64,000 nt of DNA from Bacteroidales bacterium. GTDB lineage: Bacteria; Bacteroidota; Bacteroidia; Bacteroidales; VadinHA17. Positions within the stretch are counted from its first letter, which is position 1; every line of letters starts with the position of its first letter. Positions 9,612 to 19,486 of this stretch are shown here, one piece after another. A program made the position numbers and the translations under genes. The DNA lies in the NCBI GenBank assembly GCA_040769065.1, contig JAXGLU010000001.1, positions 711,218 through 775,217 on the forward strand. Direction: 5' to 3'. The notes under the pieces were generated by a model. It searched no databases. It was not told where the DNA came from and saw only the letters and a list, made by a program, of their open reading frames with translations.

Positions 9612-9752
9612 TTGAGCGAAGTCAAGTACGTATTTGTGACCGGAGGCGTAACATCCTCCCTCGGCAAAGAAATTGTTTCAGCATCTCTTATTACCGTACA
9701 GCAGCACGGTGATGAAGCCCCATCTTTGTTAAGGCATGTATCTGATAAATGA
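9612..9752 (+). pseudogene. pyrG: Remnant of the CTP synthase (pyrG) N-terminus, about 46 codons
   Basis: Translation (L)SEVKYVFVTGGVTSSLGKEIVSASL matches the highly conserved CTP synthase N-terminus (xKYIFVTGGVVSSLGKGIxxASL). It then diverges and stops at 9750-9752. There is no in-frame ATG (TTG at 9612). A full-length pyrG is about 535 codons. Confidence 0.7.
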
Positions 9753-9799
9753 TAATAAGTATAAGATAATATTCAATTTGAACTAAACTCCTGATAAGG

Positions 9800-11767
9800 A
9801 TGGATAAAAACACAGTAACCGGTCTTATTCTAATATTTGCGATTTTTATAGGTTTCAGTCTATATAATAGCAGCCGACTGAACAAATCATTCGAAAAGAT
9901 TATTGAAGTTGCTGACTCACTGTATTCTGAAGGGGATCTGGAAAATGCACGAGCTGAATACATTAACGCACTTAGGTTTAAACCTAATCAACCTGATGTG
10001 GTATCACGGATAAATGAATTAAACAAAACACTGGGCTTTGTTCCTGATATCCAGACTCCTGATTTGTCAGCAAAGGATTCTCCAGCCGATGATTCAATTC
10101 CTTCAGCAGGCAGTGACACTGCCGAAGATCTCAGACATCTTGGAGCGTTTGCAGGTGCATCCCAGGGAAGTGATACACTGATCACCCTGGAAAATAACCT
10201 GCTGGAATTAAAGATCACTCCAAAGGGGGGAAGGATTTATTCTGCAAGACTGAAAGATTACAGAACCCATGATTCACTGCCCCTTATTTTGTTTTCTGGC
10301 GACTCAACAATATTCGGCTTCAATTTCTATACTGCCGACAATAAAGCTGTTCAGACCAATAACTTATATTTCACACCGATAACCCGAAATAAGACTATAA
10401 CAGCATCAACCAGGCCGGAAAGTGTTATTATGCGGCTTATAGCAGGAGAGAATGAGTATTTAGAATATAAATACACTCTTCCTCCCGATAAATATATGGT
10501 CGACTTTAATGTAACTTTTAAATCCATGCAGGATATAATAGCATCTAACCAGAACAGCTTGAGTCTCGACTGGCAGATGTATATTCCGCAGCAGGAGAAA
10601 GGCAGGCAAAATGAAGATAATTATACCACAATAAAATATAAGTATTATCAGGATGATGTAAGCGGGCTGAGGCTCAGGTCAAACAAGGATGTTGATAAAG
10701 CCGATATAACCACAAAGCTTAGCTGGATTGCATTTCAGGATCAATTCTTTTCGTCAGTACTTATTGCCAACGATTATTTCATGAATGGCTCAGTCTCCTC
10801 AGAAAAAACCCCGGAATCAAAAAAATACCTCAGGTATTTTACTTCCGATGTAGGTGTGCCCTATGAGCCAGGTTCGGAGACCAATATCGGAATGAAATTT
10901 TACTTTGGCCCAAACCATATCTCAACCTTGCGAAAAGAAGGACTTGAACTTGAAAAGCTTGTTTTCCTGGGCAGAAATATTATAGGATTGATTAACCGAT
11001 TCATCATTATTCCGGTATTTAACTGGTTGGAGAAATCTATAAATAGCTATGGATTAATAATTCTCATACTTACAATACTTATTAAGGTTGTCCTGCTACC
11101 CCTGACATTCAAATCTTACCAATCGCAGGCAAAAATGCAGGTTCTGAAGCCAATGGTCGATGAAATTGCCAAAAAGTATCCAAAATCGGAGGATGCCATG
11201 AAGAAACAACAGGCAACCATGGACCTTTATAAACGGGCAGGAGTAAATCCGATGGGCGGCTGTCTTCCAATGCTCCTTCAGATGCCAATCCTCTTTGCAA
11301 TGTTCAGGTTTTTCCCGGTGTCGATTGAACTGCGCCAGGAAGCTTTTCTCTGGGCTACCGACCTTTCTACATATGACTCCATACTTACCTTGCCATTCAC
11401 TATCCCAATGTATGGCGATCATGTAAGCCTGTTTACTCTTTTAATGACTGCATCAACACTTATTACAATGAAGATGACCGGCTCATCACCCGGACAGGAC
11501 CAGCCAGGGATGAAGATTATGATGTACATGATGCCGGTTATGTTTATGCTTATACTTAATAATTTTTCATCCGGACTTACATATTACTATTTTCTGGCAA
11601 ATATTCTTACATTTTTACAGAACCGTCTTTCCAAAAGATTTGTTGACAGTGACAAAGTATTAGCAACTCTTGAGGCAAACAGGAAAAAACCTCTCAAGAA
11701 ATCAAAATGGCAGCAGCGTCTTGAAGAAGCCTCAAGGCAGAGGGGCATAACTCCGCCAAGAAGATAA
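9800..11767 (+). CDS. yidC: Membrane protein insertase YidC (long Bacteroidota form)
   Basis: 655 aa with an N-terminal TM helix, a large periplasmic domain and the conserved C-terminal insertase core (LIILILTILIKVVLLPLTFKSYQSQAKMQVLKP..., GGCLPMLLQMPILFAMF). Confidence 0.9.
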   Translation: MDKNTVTGLILIFAIFIGFSLYNSSRLNKSFEKIIEVADSLYSEGDLENARAEYINALRFKPNQPDVVSRINELNKTLGFVPDIQTPDLSAKDSPADDSIPSAGSDTAEDLRHLGAFAGASQGSDTLITLENNLLELKITPKGGRIYSARLKDYRTHDSLPLILFSGDSTIFGFNFYTADNKAVQTNNLYFTPITRNKTITASTRPESVIMRLIAGENEYLEYKYTLPPDKYMVDFNVTFKSMQDIIASNQNSLSLDWQMYIPQQEKGRQNEDNYTTIKYKYYQDDVSGLRLRSNKDVDKADITTKLSWIAFQDQFFSSVLIANDYFMNGSVSSEKTPESKKYLRYFTSDVGVPYEPGSETNIGMKFYFGPNHISTLRKEGLELEKLVFLGRNIIGLINRFIIIPVFNWLEKSINSYGLIILILTILIKVVLLPLTFKSYQSQAKMQVLKPMVDEIAKKYPKSEDAMKKQQATMDLYKRAGVNPMGGCLPMLLQMPILFAMFRFFPVSIELRQEAFLWATDLSTYDSILTLPFTIPMYGDHVSLFTLLMTASTLITMKMTGSSPGQDQPGMKIMMYMMPVMFMLILNNFSSGLTYYYFLANILTFLQNRLSKRFVDSDKVLATLEANRKKPLKKSKWQQRLEEASRQRGITPPRR

Positions 11768-11931
11768 AGTCAGGAAACTGCATTTAGCAAAAGTTAGGAA
11801 GAGCTGGCGACTAAAAAAGGTCTTGTTTGCAGATGAAAAAGATTTTTCATTTATTAAAAATTGTGAATTCTTTAATTTTTTTTAGACATTTAATTTATTT
11901 GGTTTAATTTAGTAGCAAATCAAAGTGATAA

Positions 11932-12969
11932 ATGGGTAAAAAATTAAAAAATAAAGATTTAGCTGCAAAGCTTGGAGTGTCTAGTACGCTGGTTTCATTG
12001 GTATTGAATAATAAAGCTGATCAGCACGGGATAAAGAAGGAGACACAGGAAAGAGTACTGGCCCTTGCAAGGCAGATGGGTTACTTTGATTTGCTTAAAG
12101 AAAAAAATGAGACATCACCAGTTGAGGAAAAACCCGGCGTAATAGGTATGATTATTCCCGACCATCCGGATCCATTTATTTACCAGATAACGCCCTATCT
12201 TCAAAAAGCCTTCTCAAGCATTGGTATCGGCTTTTCTATCATAACTAAAGACAATGACGAAAGGCGATACAGCAGGTTTATTAACTCTTTCAGGAAATTC
12301 TTTACAGGCCTGATTCTTGTTGGAGATGCAGCCGACGAAACAACAGTACGGTCACTGAGATCATCAGGATATCCTTTTGTTCTGCTTGAGAAGTCCCTTA
12401 AAGCTCTTCCGTTAAATTCGGTTTGTTCCGATATGATGGAAGGAGCACGACGTGTAGCCGACCACATTGAATTATTGGGTTACAGAAACATAGTTATACT
12501 GACTGGCAATCTGAATTCTCCCGCAGCTAACTTGCCGGTACTTGAAGCAATCACCAAAACAATCGAAGCAAGGCAAAACCTTAACAAACCCATAATTGTT
12601 GAGGTTGAAAATCTGGATGTCGATATGGACCTTGACTTTAGCCTGATTGAAAAATACCTTAGACCGCCTTTCAGCACAGAGATTCTGATAATCATTAAAG
12701 CTGAACACGTATATCCTGTGTATTACTTGTTCAGGAAAAAGAAATTGAGAATACCTCATGATATTGCACTTATCTCTATGGAAGACGGAATAGAGTTTGA
12801 CCTGATGTACACACCTGTTACCTCCTTGAGAAAACCATATTCAGCAATGGCCCTCAAAATTGCCAATATGATATGGGCAGAGATAAGAAGTTCAGGAAAA
12901 GGGAAGTATAAAAGACAGGTTAATATGTCGCCTGAACTAATTGTAAGGAAATCCTGCGGAACAATATAG
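11932..12969 (+). CDS. LacI-family transcriptional regulator
   Basis: N-terminal helix-turn-helix (KDLAAKLGVSSTLVSLVLNNK) followed by a periplasmic-binding-protein-like sugar-binding fold. 345 aa. Confidence 0.8.
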   Translation: MGKKLKNKDLAAKLGVSSTLVSLVLNNKADQHGIKKETQERVLALARQMGYFDLLKEKNETSPVEEKPGVIGMIIPDHPDPFIYQITPYLQKAFSSIGIGFSIITKDNDERRYSRFINSFRKFFTGLILVGDAADETTVRSLRSSGYPFVLLEKSLKALPLNSVCSDMMEGARRVADHIELLGYRNIVILTGNLNSPAANLPVLEAITKTIEARQNLNKPIIVEVENLDVDMDLDFSLIEKYLRPPFSTEILIIIKAEHVYPVYYLFRKKKLRIPHDIALISMEDGIEFDLMYTPVTSLRKPYSAMALKIANMIWAEIRSSGKGKYKRQVNMSPELIVRKSCGTI

Positions 12970-12980
12970 TCTTTTCATAA

Positions 12981-15614
12981 ATGAACTTTTCGAGATTATT
13001 GCTTGTCCCCGTTGCTGTGTTGCTTTTTACGGGATGTTCAGAGCGTCATCTGATCAGGAATAAGAATTACAGGACTGAAGTTGAGAATGCCTTTCTTGAA
13101 CGCAAAGAAATAGCTAAAAACAGGGAAAGTCAGCTTTTCAATGTCTTTGAGAAAGATCTTTCGCTAAGAGAATCAGAAGCAATTAAGTTTCTTTTTTCAT
13201 ACATGCCGTTGAATGATCTGGCCGACTATGACGGTGACTACTTCCTTGCTAATGTCAGAAGAGCCTTGCTGGCAAAGGAAAGAAGCCCCTGGGGGAGATC
13301 TGTTCCTGACAACATCTTTCTTCACTATGTTCTGCCAGTCAGGGTCAATAATGAGAATCTCGACTCCTTCAGGATTAAGTACTACGACGAGCTTACTGAC
13401 AGGTTGAAAGGTATAAGTGATATTGGCAAGGCTGCATTGGAAATAAACCATTGGTGTCATGAGAAAGTAACCTATCAGCCGTCTGATATGCGAACATCGT
13501 CACCTATATATACAATTCTTTCAGCAAGAGGCAGATGCGGAGAAGAATCAACACTAACGGTTGCAGCTCTCAGGACAGTGGGTATTCCAGCCCGTCAGGT
13601 TTATACTCCCAGATGGGCCCACATTGATGACAATCATGCCTGGGTTGAAGTATGGATCAATGGTACATGGCATTATCTGGGTGCTTGTGAACCCGAACCC
13701 GTACTTGATCGTGGCTGGTTTACCGAACCAGCAAGACGTGCTATGCTGATTCATTCAAAATCATTCGGCGCATGGTATGGCGATGAGAATTATATAACGC
13801 GCCATAAACTGTATACCGAGATAAATAATCTCAGTAATTATGCTCCGACAAAACGAATATATGTTAAGGTCACTGACCAGCATGGAAATCCTGCAAGTGA
13901 TGCTATTGTGGAATATAAGCTATACAATTATGCCGAGTTCTATCCTCTTGCAACTGTTCCGGCGGATGCATCAGGAATAAGCAGCTTCGAAACAGGCCTG
14001 GGTGATCTTCTTGTCTGGGCTCACAAGGGTAATTACTTTGATTTTGATAAGATTTCAGTGTCTGAAACTGACACAATTGAATTGAGGCTCCATCAAGGAG
14101 TTGAAAATAACACTGTTTTCGAATACGATATGATGGCTCCTTTTGAGCCATCACCATACGAAAACATCTCAGGAATTCTTGTTGAAGAAAACAACAGGCG
14201 CCTTGATGAAGAAAATAAAATAAGAACTGCATATGTCGACACATGGATAAAAGCTGCAGATTCTGAGGATTTTGCCGGGGAAATATCTTGCAATCCCGAC
14301 TCGGTTAGAGAAATCCTTACAAAAAGTATGGGCAATTATTTGGCAATAATGTCATTCCTGAGAAATATTAATGCTGATCAAAGGATTACTGCCCTTAAAC
14401 TTTTATACATAATATCGGAAAAGGATCTCCGCGATGTACAGGAAGAAGTACTGCGTGATCATCTTGAAAATTGTACAACACCTTTTCAGCCTGGGATTGG
14501 CACGAATATGTGGGCAGAATATATACTTAATCCGCGGATAGCCAATGAAATGCTGGTGTCGTGGCGTTCCTTCCTGCAGAAGGCTCTGCCGGAAGAGATT
14601 AAATCAGCGGACCATAATAATCCGGAAATAATCGCTGATTATATTGAAAGCAGCATAGAAATATGTAACGAAGAAAACTATTACAAGACGCCTGTTACTC
14701 CAAAAGGAGTCCATGAAATGAGAGTTGCTGATGAAAAGTCCAGGGCAATATATTTCGTGGCATTGTGCAGATGCCTGGGTATACCGGCAAGGATTGAACC
14801 AGCCAGTTCAGTTCCTCAGTATTACTCTAAACTACAGTGGCACAACGTGTTTTTTTCAGACCAGATTAAACCTTCTGATGGTAAAGCTTTCCTTCGACTT
14901 TATTCCACAGATAAAAATCCTGTGCCCGAATACTATTCCCATTTTACACTTGCGCAATACAAATCAGGTAAGTATTATACTCTTGGCTATGACTACAATA
15001 AGAAGATAACGGATTTCGATGGGGAGCTTCAACTGCCCCCTGGTCACTATATGTCAGTAACAGGCAACAGAATCGATGGCAATAGAGTTCTGACACGAAT
15101 TGCATTTTTTGAACTGCAGGATGGAGAGCATGTTGTGCATCAAATTGCAGTGAGGAAAGAAACTTCACCTGCCAGAATATATGGAAAAATCAACTATGAC
15201 GACATAATCAGGATTCTTAACAATACTGAGGAGGTGACCTATGATTCTTTTATCAACAAAGGAGCTGTCATCGCGTTGATGGATTTTGATAAAGAACCAA
15301 CAAAACATTTTCTGAATGATCTTTTCCGGCTGAAACAAGAATTTGACAACTGGGGCGGGCACATTATTTTCCTGAGTCGCCCTGATATGAGTATTTCATC
15401 CCCCGGTGCAGATGCTGTCGCAAAACTTCCATCCAAATTGATTCTGGGAATCGACAACGGGAAGGAATTCCCAATTGAAGCCTTTGATGTTTCATCATAT
15501 GAGGATTTGAGTCTTCCTGCAGTGATTTTTGCAGATAAAAACGGAAATATCCTGCTTAGATCCTCTGGCTACAGAATAGGAACCGGCGAGATGATCCTGA
15601 AAAAGATCCAATAA
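12981..15614 (+). CDS. Transglutaminase-like domain lipoprotein (multi-domain, 877 aa)
   Basis: Lipoprotein signal (VAVLLFTGCSE). Transglutaminase-like cysteine-protease core RGRCGEESTLTVAALRTVGIPARQVY...NHAWVEVWINGTWHYL (Cys codon 13536-13538). See findings for a second degenerate core and a thioredoxin-like tail. Confidence 0.75.
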   Translation: MNFSRLLLVPVAVLLFTGCSERHLIRNKNYRTEVENAFLERKEIAKNRESQLFNVFEKDLSLRESEAIKFLFSYMPLNDLADYDGDYFLANVRRALLAKERSPWGRSVPDNIFLHYVLPVRVNNENLDSFRIKYYDELTDRLKGISDIGKAALEINHWCHEKVTYQPSDMRTSSPIYTILSARGRCGEESTLTVAALRTVGIPARQVYTPRWAHIDDNHAWVEVWINGTWHYLGACEPEPVLDRGWFTEPARRAMLIHSKSFGAWYGDENYITRHKLYTEINNLSNYAPTKRIYVKVTDQHGNPASDAIVEYKLYNYAEFYPLATVPADASGISSFETGLGDLLVWAHKGNYFDFDKISVSETDTIELRLHQGVENNTVFEYDMMAPFEPSPYENISGILVEENNRRLDEENKIRTAYVDTWIKAADSEDFAGEISCNPDSVREILTKSMGNYLAIMSFLRNINADQRITALKLLYIISEKDLRDVQEEVLRDHLENCTTPFQPGIGTNMWAEYILNPRIANEMLVSWRSFLQKALPEEIKSADHNNPEIIADYIESSIEICNEENYYKTPVTPKGVHEMRVADEKSRAIYFVALCRCLGIPARIEPASSVPQYYSKLQWHNVFFSDQIKPSDGKAFLRLYSTDKNPVPEYYSHFTLAQYKSGKYYTLGYDYNKKITDFDGELQLPPGHYMSVTGNRIDGNRVLTRIAFFELQDGEHVVHQIAVRKETSPARIYGKINYDDIIRILNNTEEVTYDSFINKGAVIALMDFDKEPTKHFLNDLFRLKQEFDNWGGHIIFLSRPDMSISSPGADAVAKLPSKLILGIDNGKEFPIEAFDVSSYEDLSLPAVIFADKNGNILLRSSGYRIGTGEMILKKIQ

Positions 15615-16120
15615 ATGCACTATTAAAGGCAATTCTGCTGTTAAATCAATGTTTGTAATTGTTCAGAGCTTTAGCGAAAAAAGCACAAAACCCTTATCCG
15701 GATTCCATGACTAATATTACATAACAACCCGGATGAACAATAAACATTGAATAGAACCGGATTTAAGACTGCTATTGCTGCAGACGGAATTATATATATT
15801 CCTGGCCTCTCCCTGCTTTCATGCGCCGGTGGTAAAGGTGAACAACACGACTACCCTGAAAAAATTGCTTAAAATCTCACTATATCATATGCGAAGGGCT
15901 TTGAAATCATAAATCCGAACAGCTATTCGTAAATAACTATTAATAAATTAAGGCAAGACCTTATGTTTTTGAAATAAGTGCAGAAGCATGTCTGGTGCTG
16001 CTTTCGTAACACCTGGGTGTTTTTCAGATTTATCTGTTGAAGCCTGCGAGGAATTTGCAACTGATGATTGCTGTCGTATCCTGGATTAGAGCTGTACTGT
16101 CAACATACTGTCAGATAAGA

Positions 16121-17545
16121 TTAACCTGACTTCCTGAAGTATTTCCGGTAATTATCAATAAATGCAGGAATATCATCGACTGATAATTTCTTTGCAATGA
16201 TTTTTTTGTCTCTGTCGAGGATATAAATCATCGGGGTTGACTGAACATTATAGTAATATCCGTAATTTGTTGCTCTCTGCGGATCCCATCCGTTTATCCA
16301 GGTGAGTCTGTTTTCCACAATATATTTCTCCCATTCCTGTCTGTCAGATGTTGTACATACTGAAAACACCTCCACTCCACGCTCTTTCATCTCATCATAA
16401 TATTGTTTGAGCTTCGGGGTTGCTTCTTTGCAGTGTCCGCAATCCGGCTCCCAGAAATATAAGATCACAAAATCCTTTTCAATATCAAAGAGAGAAACAA
16501 ATATCCCGGTATAGGAATCCATTATAAGGTTTTGAGCGGTCATTCCTATAAGGTTATGCCTTAATAAATCAACCTGTTTCTTCAGATCGTCCCTGAACTC
16601 ACTGGTAATCCAGTCTGCTTTGCCAGACAGATAGATATCGTCTGCAAGTTTCACCAAAACTGCATCGTGCCCCATTATTTCACTCTGCCTGAAATGGTTA
16701 AAAAGGAATACGGAAACAAACTGAAACATGCTGTAATTATCCTCACATTTGGCAATCAGCCTGTCAATTTCCCTGTTCACTGAGTCAGGCGATTGGATCA
16801 CAACATCTGTAAAAAATGTTTTCAGCTTCGATTGCAGGATAGGTGTCCTGATGAGCCTTTCATCATTAAGGTCGATATTGTCAAAGAAATGATCTTTATT
16901 GTAATTATACTGGATAATCCATTTCAAAGAATCTGATTTAACCCCGTCAGTAATTGACATAGGAGGAGCCTCAACCGGAAGCAATGCTCTGACAAGCGAT
17001 GCAAGAAGACTCCCTTTGTTTTCGTCAATAACCTTCTTTAGGTATGTTTTCATGAATTCTTCCTGTGTCTTTTGCTTCTCCGACAATACTTTAAGGGAAT
17101 CAGGATTTTGTTTATTATTATGAAGCCTTTTGGCTATGGCTGATGCTTTTAGCTGCATCTGGATCCATTGCTTTTGGTAATCCAGAAAGGCTGAGTTTTC
17201 AGAAGATCCCGTGAATTTCAACGTATTGAAATAATCTTCATATGAACATGTTGCTTCAAATTGCTGATCTTCTGAGACAAGTATTTCAAAATACTGCCTG
17301 TCAGGAAGAACGATCATGTAAATTCCTCCGGGAAGCTCCTCCTGGCCTGAAAAAGTTCCGCTTCCATTTCCGTCAAGAACTAACGTGTCTTTCAGATATT
17401 GTTTATCACCCATATGGAATGCCAGGAACAAAGTGGAATCTTTCAGGTCAGGAATTCTGACTGAAATCTCATAACTTTTCTTTGACTGGCAGCATGTTAT
17501 TAATGCAAGTGGCAGGAAAATAACTACAGATATCAACTTTTTCAT
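16121..17545 (-). CDS. TlpA/ResA-like thiol:disulfide oxidoreductase lipoprotein
   Basis: C-terminal thioredoxin fold with a CxxC motif (YFWEPDCGHCKEATPKL). Lipoprotein signal MKKLISVVIFLPLALITCCQS, so the start is placed at the internal Met (17545) rather than the track start at 17569. Confidence 0.75.
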   Translation of the reverse strand: MKKLISVVIFLPLALITCCQSKKSYEISVRIPDLKDSTLFLAFHMGDKQYLKDTLVLDGNGSGTFSGQEELPGGIYMIVLPDRQYFEILVSEDQQFEATCSYEDYFNTLKFTGSSENSAFLDYQKQWIQMQLKASAIAKRLHNNKQNPDSLKVLSEKQKTQEEFMKTYLKKVIDENKGSLLASLVRALLPVEAPPMSITDGVKSDSLKWIIQYNYNKDHFFDNIDLNDERLIRTPILQSKLKTFFTDVVIQSPDSVNREIDRLIAKCEDNYSMFQFVSVFLFNHFRQSEIMGHDAVLVKLADDIYLSGKADWITSEFRDDLKKQVDLLRHNLIGMTAQNLIMDSYTGIFVSLFDIEKDFVILYFWEPDCGHCKEATPKLKQYYDEMKERGVEVFSVCTTSDRQEWEKYIVENRLTWINGWDPQRATNYGYYYNVQSTPMIYILDRDKKIIAKKLSVDDIPAFIDNYRKYFRKSG

Positions 17546-17665
17546 CTTCAGATGAGAATTTAAAGGCAAAGTTATATATCAATTTCTTTGCCGTAATCAA
17601 TATCTGCAAATATTAACAAATAAATAGTACATTTGGTAAAGTAACCCTGACATCTTTTCATTATA

Positions 17666-18619
17666 ATGATCTCTATCCTGATTCCTGTCCACGATTACGA
17701 TATCGTTGCCCTGGTACACTCCATGAAGAACGGTATCGGTAAGGTACAGGAGTATTGTGAAATACTGATAGGTGACGATGGATCATCCGATGAATTCAGG
17801 AAGTTGTACAGATCAATGGAAGGGAATGGAGTTAGGATTGTCGGGGTGGAAAAGAATGTTGGCAGGGCAGTTATCAGGAATAAACTTGTTCTTGAAGCCA
17901 AAGGCGAACATGTCCTGTTTCTTGATTCCGACACAATGGTATGCGGTACAGCCGAAGCCTTTCTTCAGAAATGGCTCGAATACCTGCCCCAAAACAGGGT
18001 TATTTGTGGTGGAGTCCTGTATCATGAAAGTCCTCCAGGTGATCCGGATAAAATACTGAGATGGAAATACGGCCGTCGGAAAGATCAGCTGAAAGCCAGT
18101 GAAAGAAATAAAAACCCGTATACTCATTTCATAACGTTCAACGTGCTGATTGACAAATCAATATTTTCAAAAATCAGGTTCTATGAAGAATTGAAACAAT
18201 ATGGACATGAGGACACATTATTCGGATATCAACTGAAAAAAGCAGGAATAGATGTCTTGCATATCGATAACGGACTCTTACATGAAGGCCTTGAAACTAA
18301 CAGGGATTTCATTACTAAAATGAAACTGAGTATTGAGAATCTTAGCAAACTCTATGATATAGTAACGGATTTAAGAACATTTTCAGAAACGGTGACTTTG
18401 CTTAAATACTATAACCGTCTTAGATTCCTGCGTCTGACCAGGGTTTTTGCAAGCTTGTTCATTAAATATCGCGAAAGGATGGAACGACATCTTGATTCAT
18501 CAGATCCTTCCCTCAAGTTGTTAAGATTCTACAAAATAAGTATGTTTTGTACATACAGGGAAATACATTCAAGGAGAAAAGGACTTATTCCTTTCTTCAA
18601 AACTCCTGAAGACATCTAG
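17666..18619 (+). CDS. Glycosyltransferase family 2
   Basis: The N-terminal ISILIPVHDY, DDGSSD and LFLDSDT (DxD) motifs are typical of GT2/GT-A enzymes. Confidence 0.8.
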   Translation: MISILIPVHDYDIVALVHSMKNGIGKVQEYCEILIGDDGSSDEFRKLYRSMEGNGVRIVGVEKNVGRAVIRNKLVLEAKGEHVLFLDSDTMVCGTAEAFLQKWLEYLPQNRVICGGVLYHESPPGDPDKILRWKYGRRKDQLKASERNKNPYTHFITFNVLIDKSIFSKIRFYEELKQYGHEDTLFGYQLKKAGIDVLHIDNGLLHEGLETNRDFITKMKLSIENLSKLYDIVTDLRTFSETVTLLKYYNRLRFLRLTRVFASLFIKYRERMERHLDSSDPSLKLLRFYKISMFCTYREIHSRRKGLIPFFKTPEDI

Positions 18620-19308
18620 ATTTTAATAGGCTCCAGTTCAATATTGCCGTCAGATCGCATGACAGCCTTCAGAACAAAATCAAACCTGTTGATCATTGTA
18701 CAAAGGAAGAAATCGGTGGGAGGGGAGAACGATATGTTTTCCGGAAGGAAAAACCGTTTACCTGAACTATCTTTCAAATCCCGGACAAGCTTATCAACAT
18801 TCATGGTTCTGTTTTCCAGATTAGCTTTAATGATTTCTGCGCACAATAAATCTTCTTCCGCTGATATTTCTCCTCTGTAGCCCATGGCAACAAGAGAAAT
18901 CCTTTCAGGGTTCAAAGCTCTGATATATCGTGATACAGCACCTGCATTGACAAGGCTGCCGGCAAGTATAGTCTCTGCATCTTTTGCATTAATGAGCCCA
19001 TTTGTGCCTGCAGTTGTCGTATGGATAATGATTTTTCCTGTCATTTCAGCAGAGAGGATCTCAGTGGGACTATTGCCTAAATCAAATCCAGGTATCTTTT
19101 TCTCATTTCTTTCGCCTACCAAAATGGCGTTTTTGTATATATTCTTCAATTCCAGAGCTCTCTGAACTTCTCCAGTAGCAATAACTTTCAAAGCACCTGC
19201 ATCATATGCATAACATGCCACTGAAAAGGCACGGAATACATCAATAATAACTGTTAGCCCTTGTGCTCTTTTCGCTCCCTCAGTAAATTCAAGTATCTCA
19301 ATTTCCAT
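18616..19308 (-). CDS. 2-phosphosulfolactate phosphatase (ComB) family protein
   Basis: 230 aa. The N-terminal LTVIIDVFRAFSVACYA resembles the ComB-family VVIDVLRATST motif. Family-level call only. Confidence 0.65.
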   Translation of the reverse strand: MEIEILEFTEGAKRAQGLTVIIDVFRAFSVACYAYDAGALKVIATGEVQRALELKNIYKNAILVGERNEKKIPGFDLGNSPTEILSAEMTGKIIIHTTTAGTNGLINAKDAETILAGSLVNAGAVSRYIRALNPERISLVAMGYRGEISAEEDLLCAEIIKANLENRTMNVDKLVRDLKDSSGKRFFLPENISFSPPTDFFLCTMINRFDFVLKAVMRSDGNIELEPIKI

Positions 19309-19450
19309 ATTTGATTTTTACTTCACGAAAAATAGCTAATATTTTGTTTTTATCGTATAATAAAAGCAATAAAGGTCATGTTATAAACCTTTAACAGGTT
19401 TCATAATCAATAAACAAGAATTATTTTGTAACACACCCTCAGGTATTTTG

Positions 19451-19458
19451 TATTTTTG
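19451..19458 (+). promoter_or_regulatory. Candidate -7 box TATTTTTG upstream of the yihY-like gene
   Basis: Matches TAnnTTTG and lies 28 nt upstream of the ATG at 19487. It falls inside the longer track ORF (start 19448), which argues for the downstream start. Confidence 0.4.
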
Positions 19459-19486
19459 CCCACCGGGCACATCAAAATATACCAAT

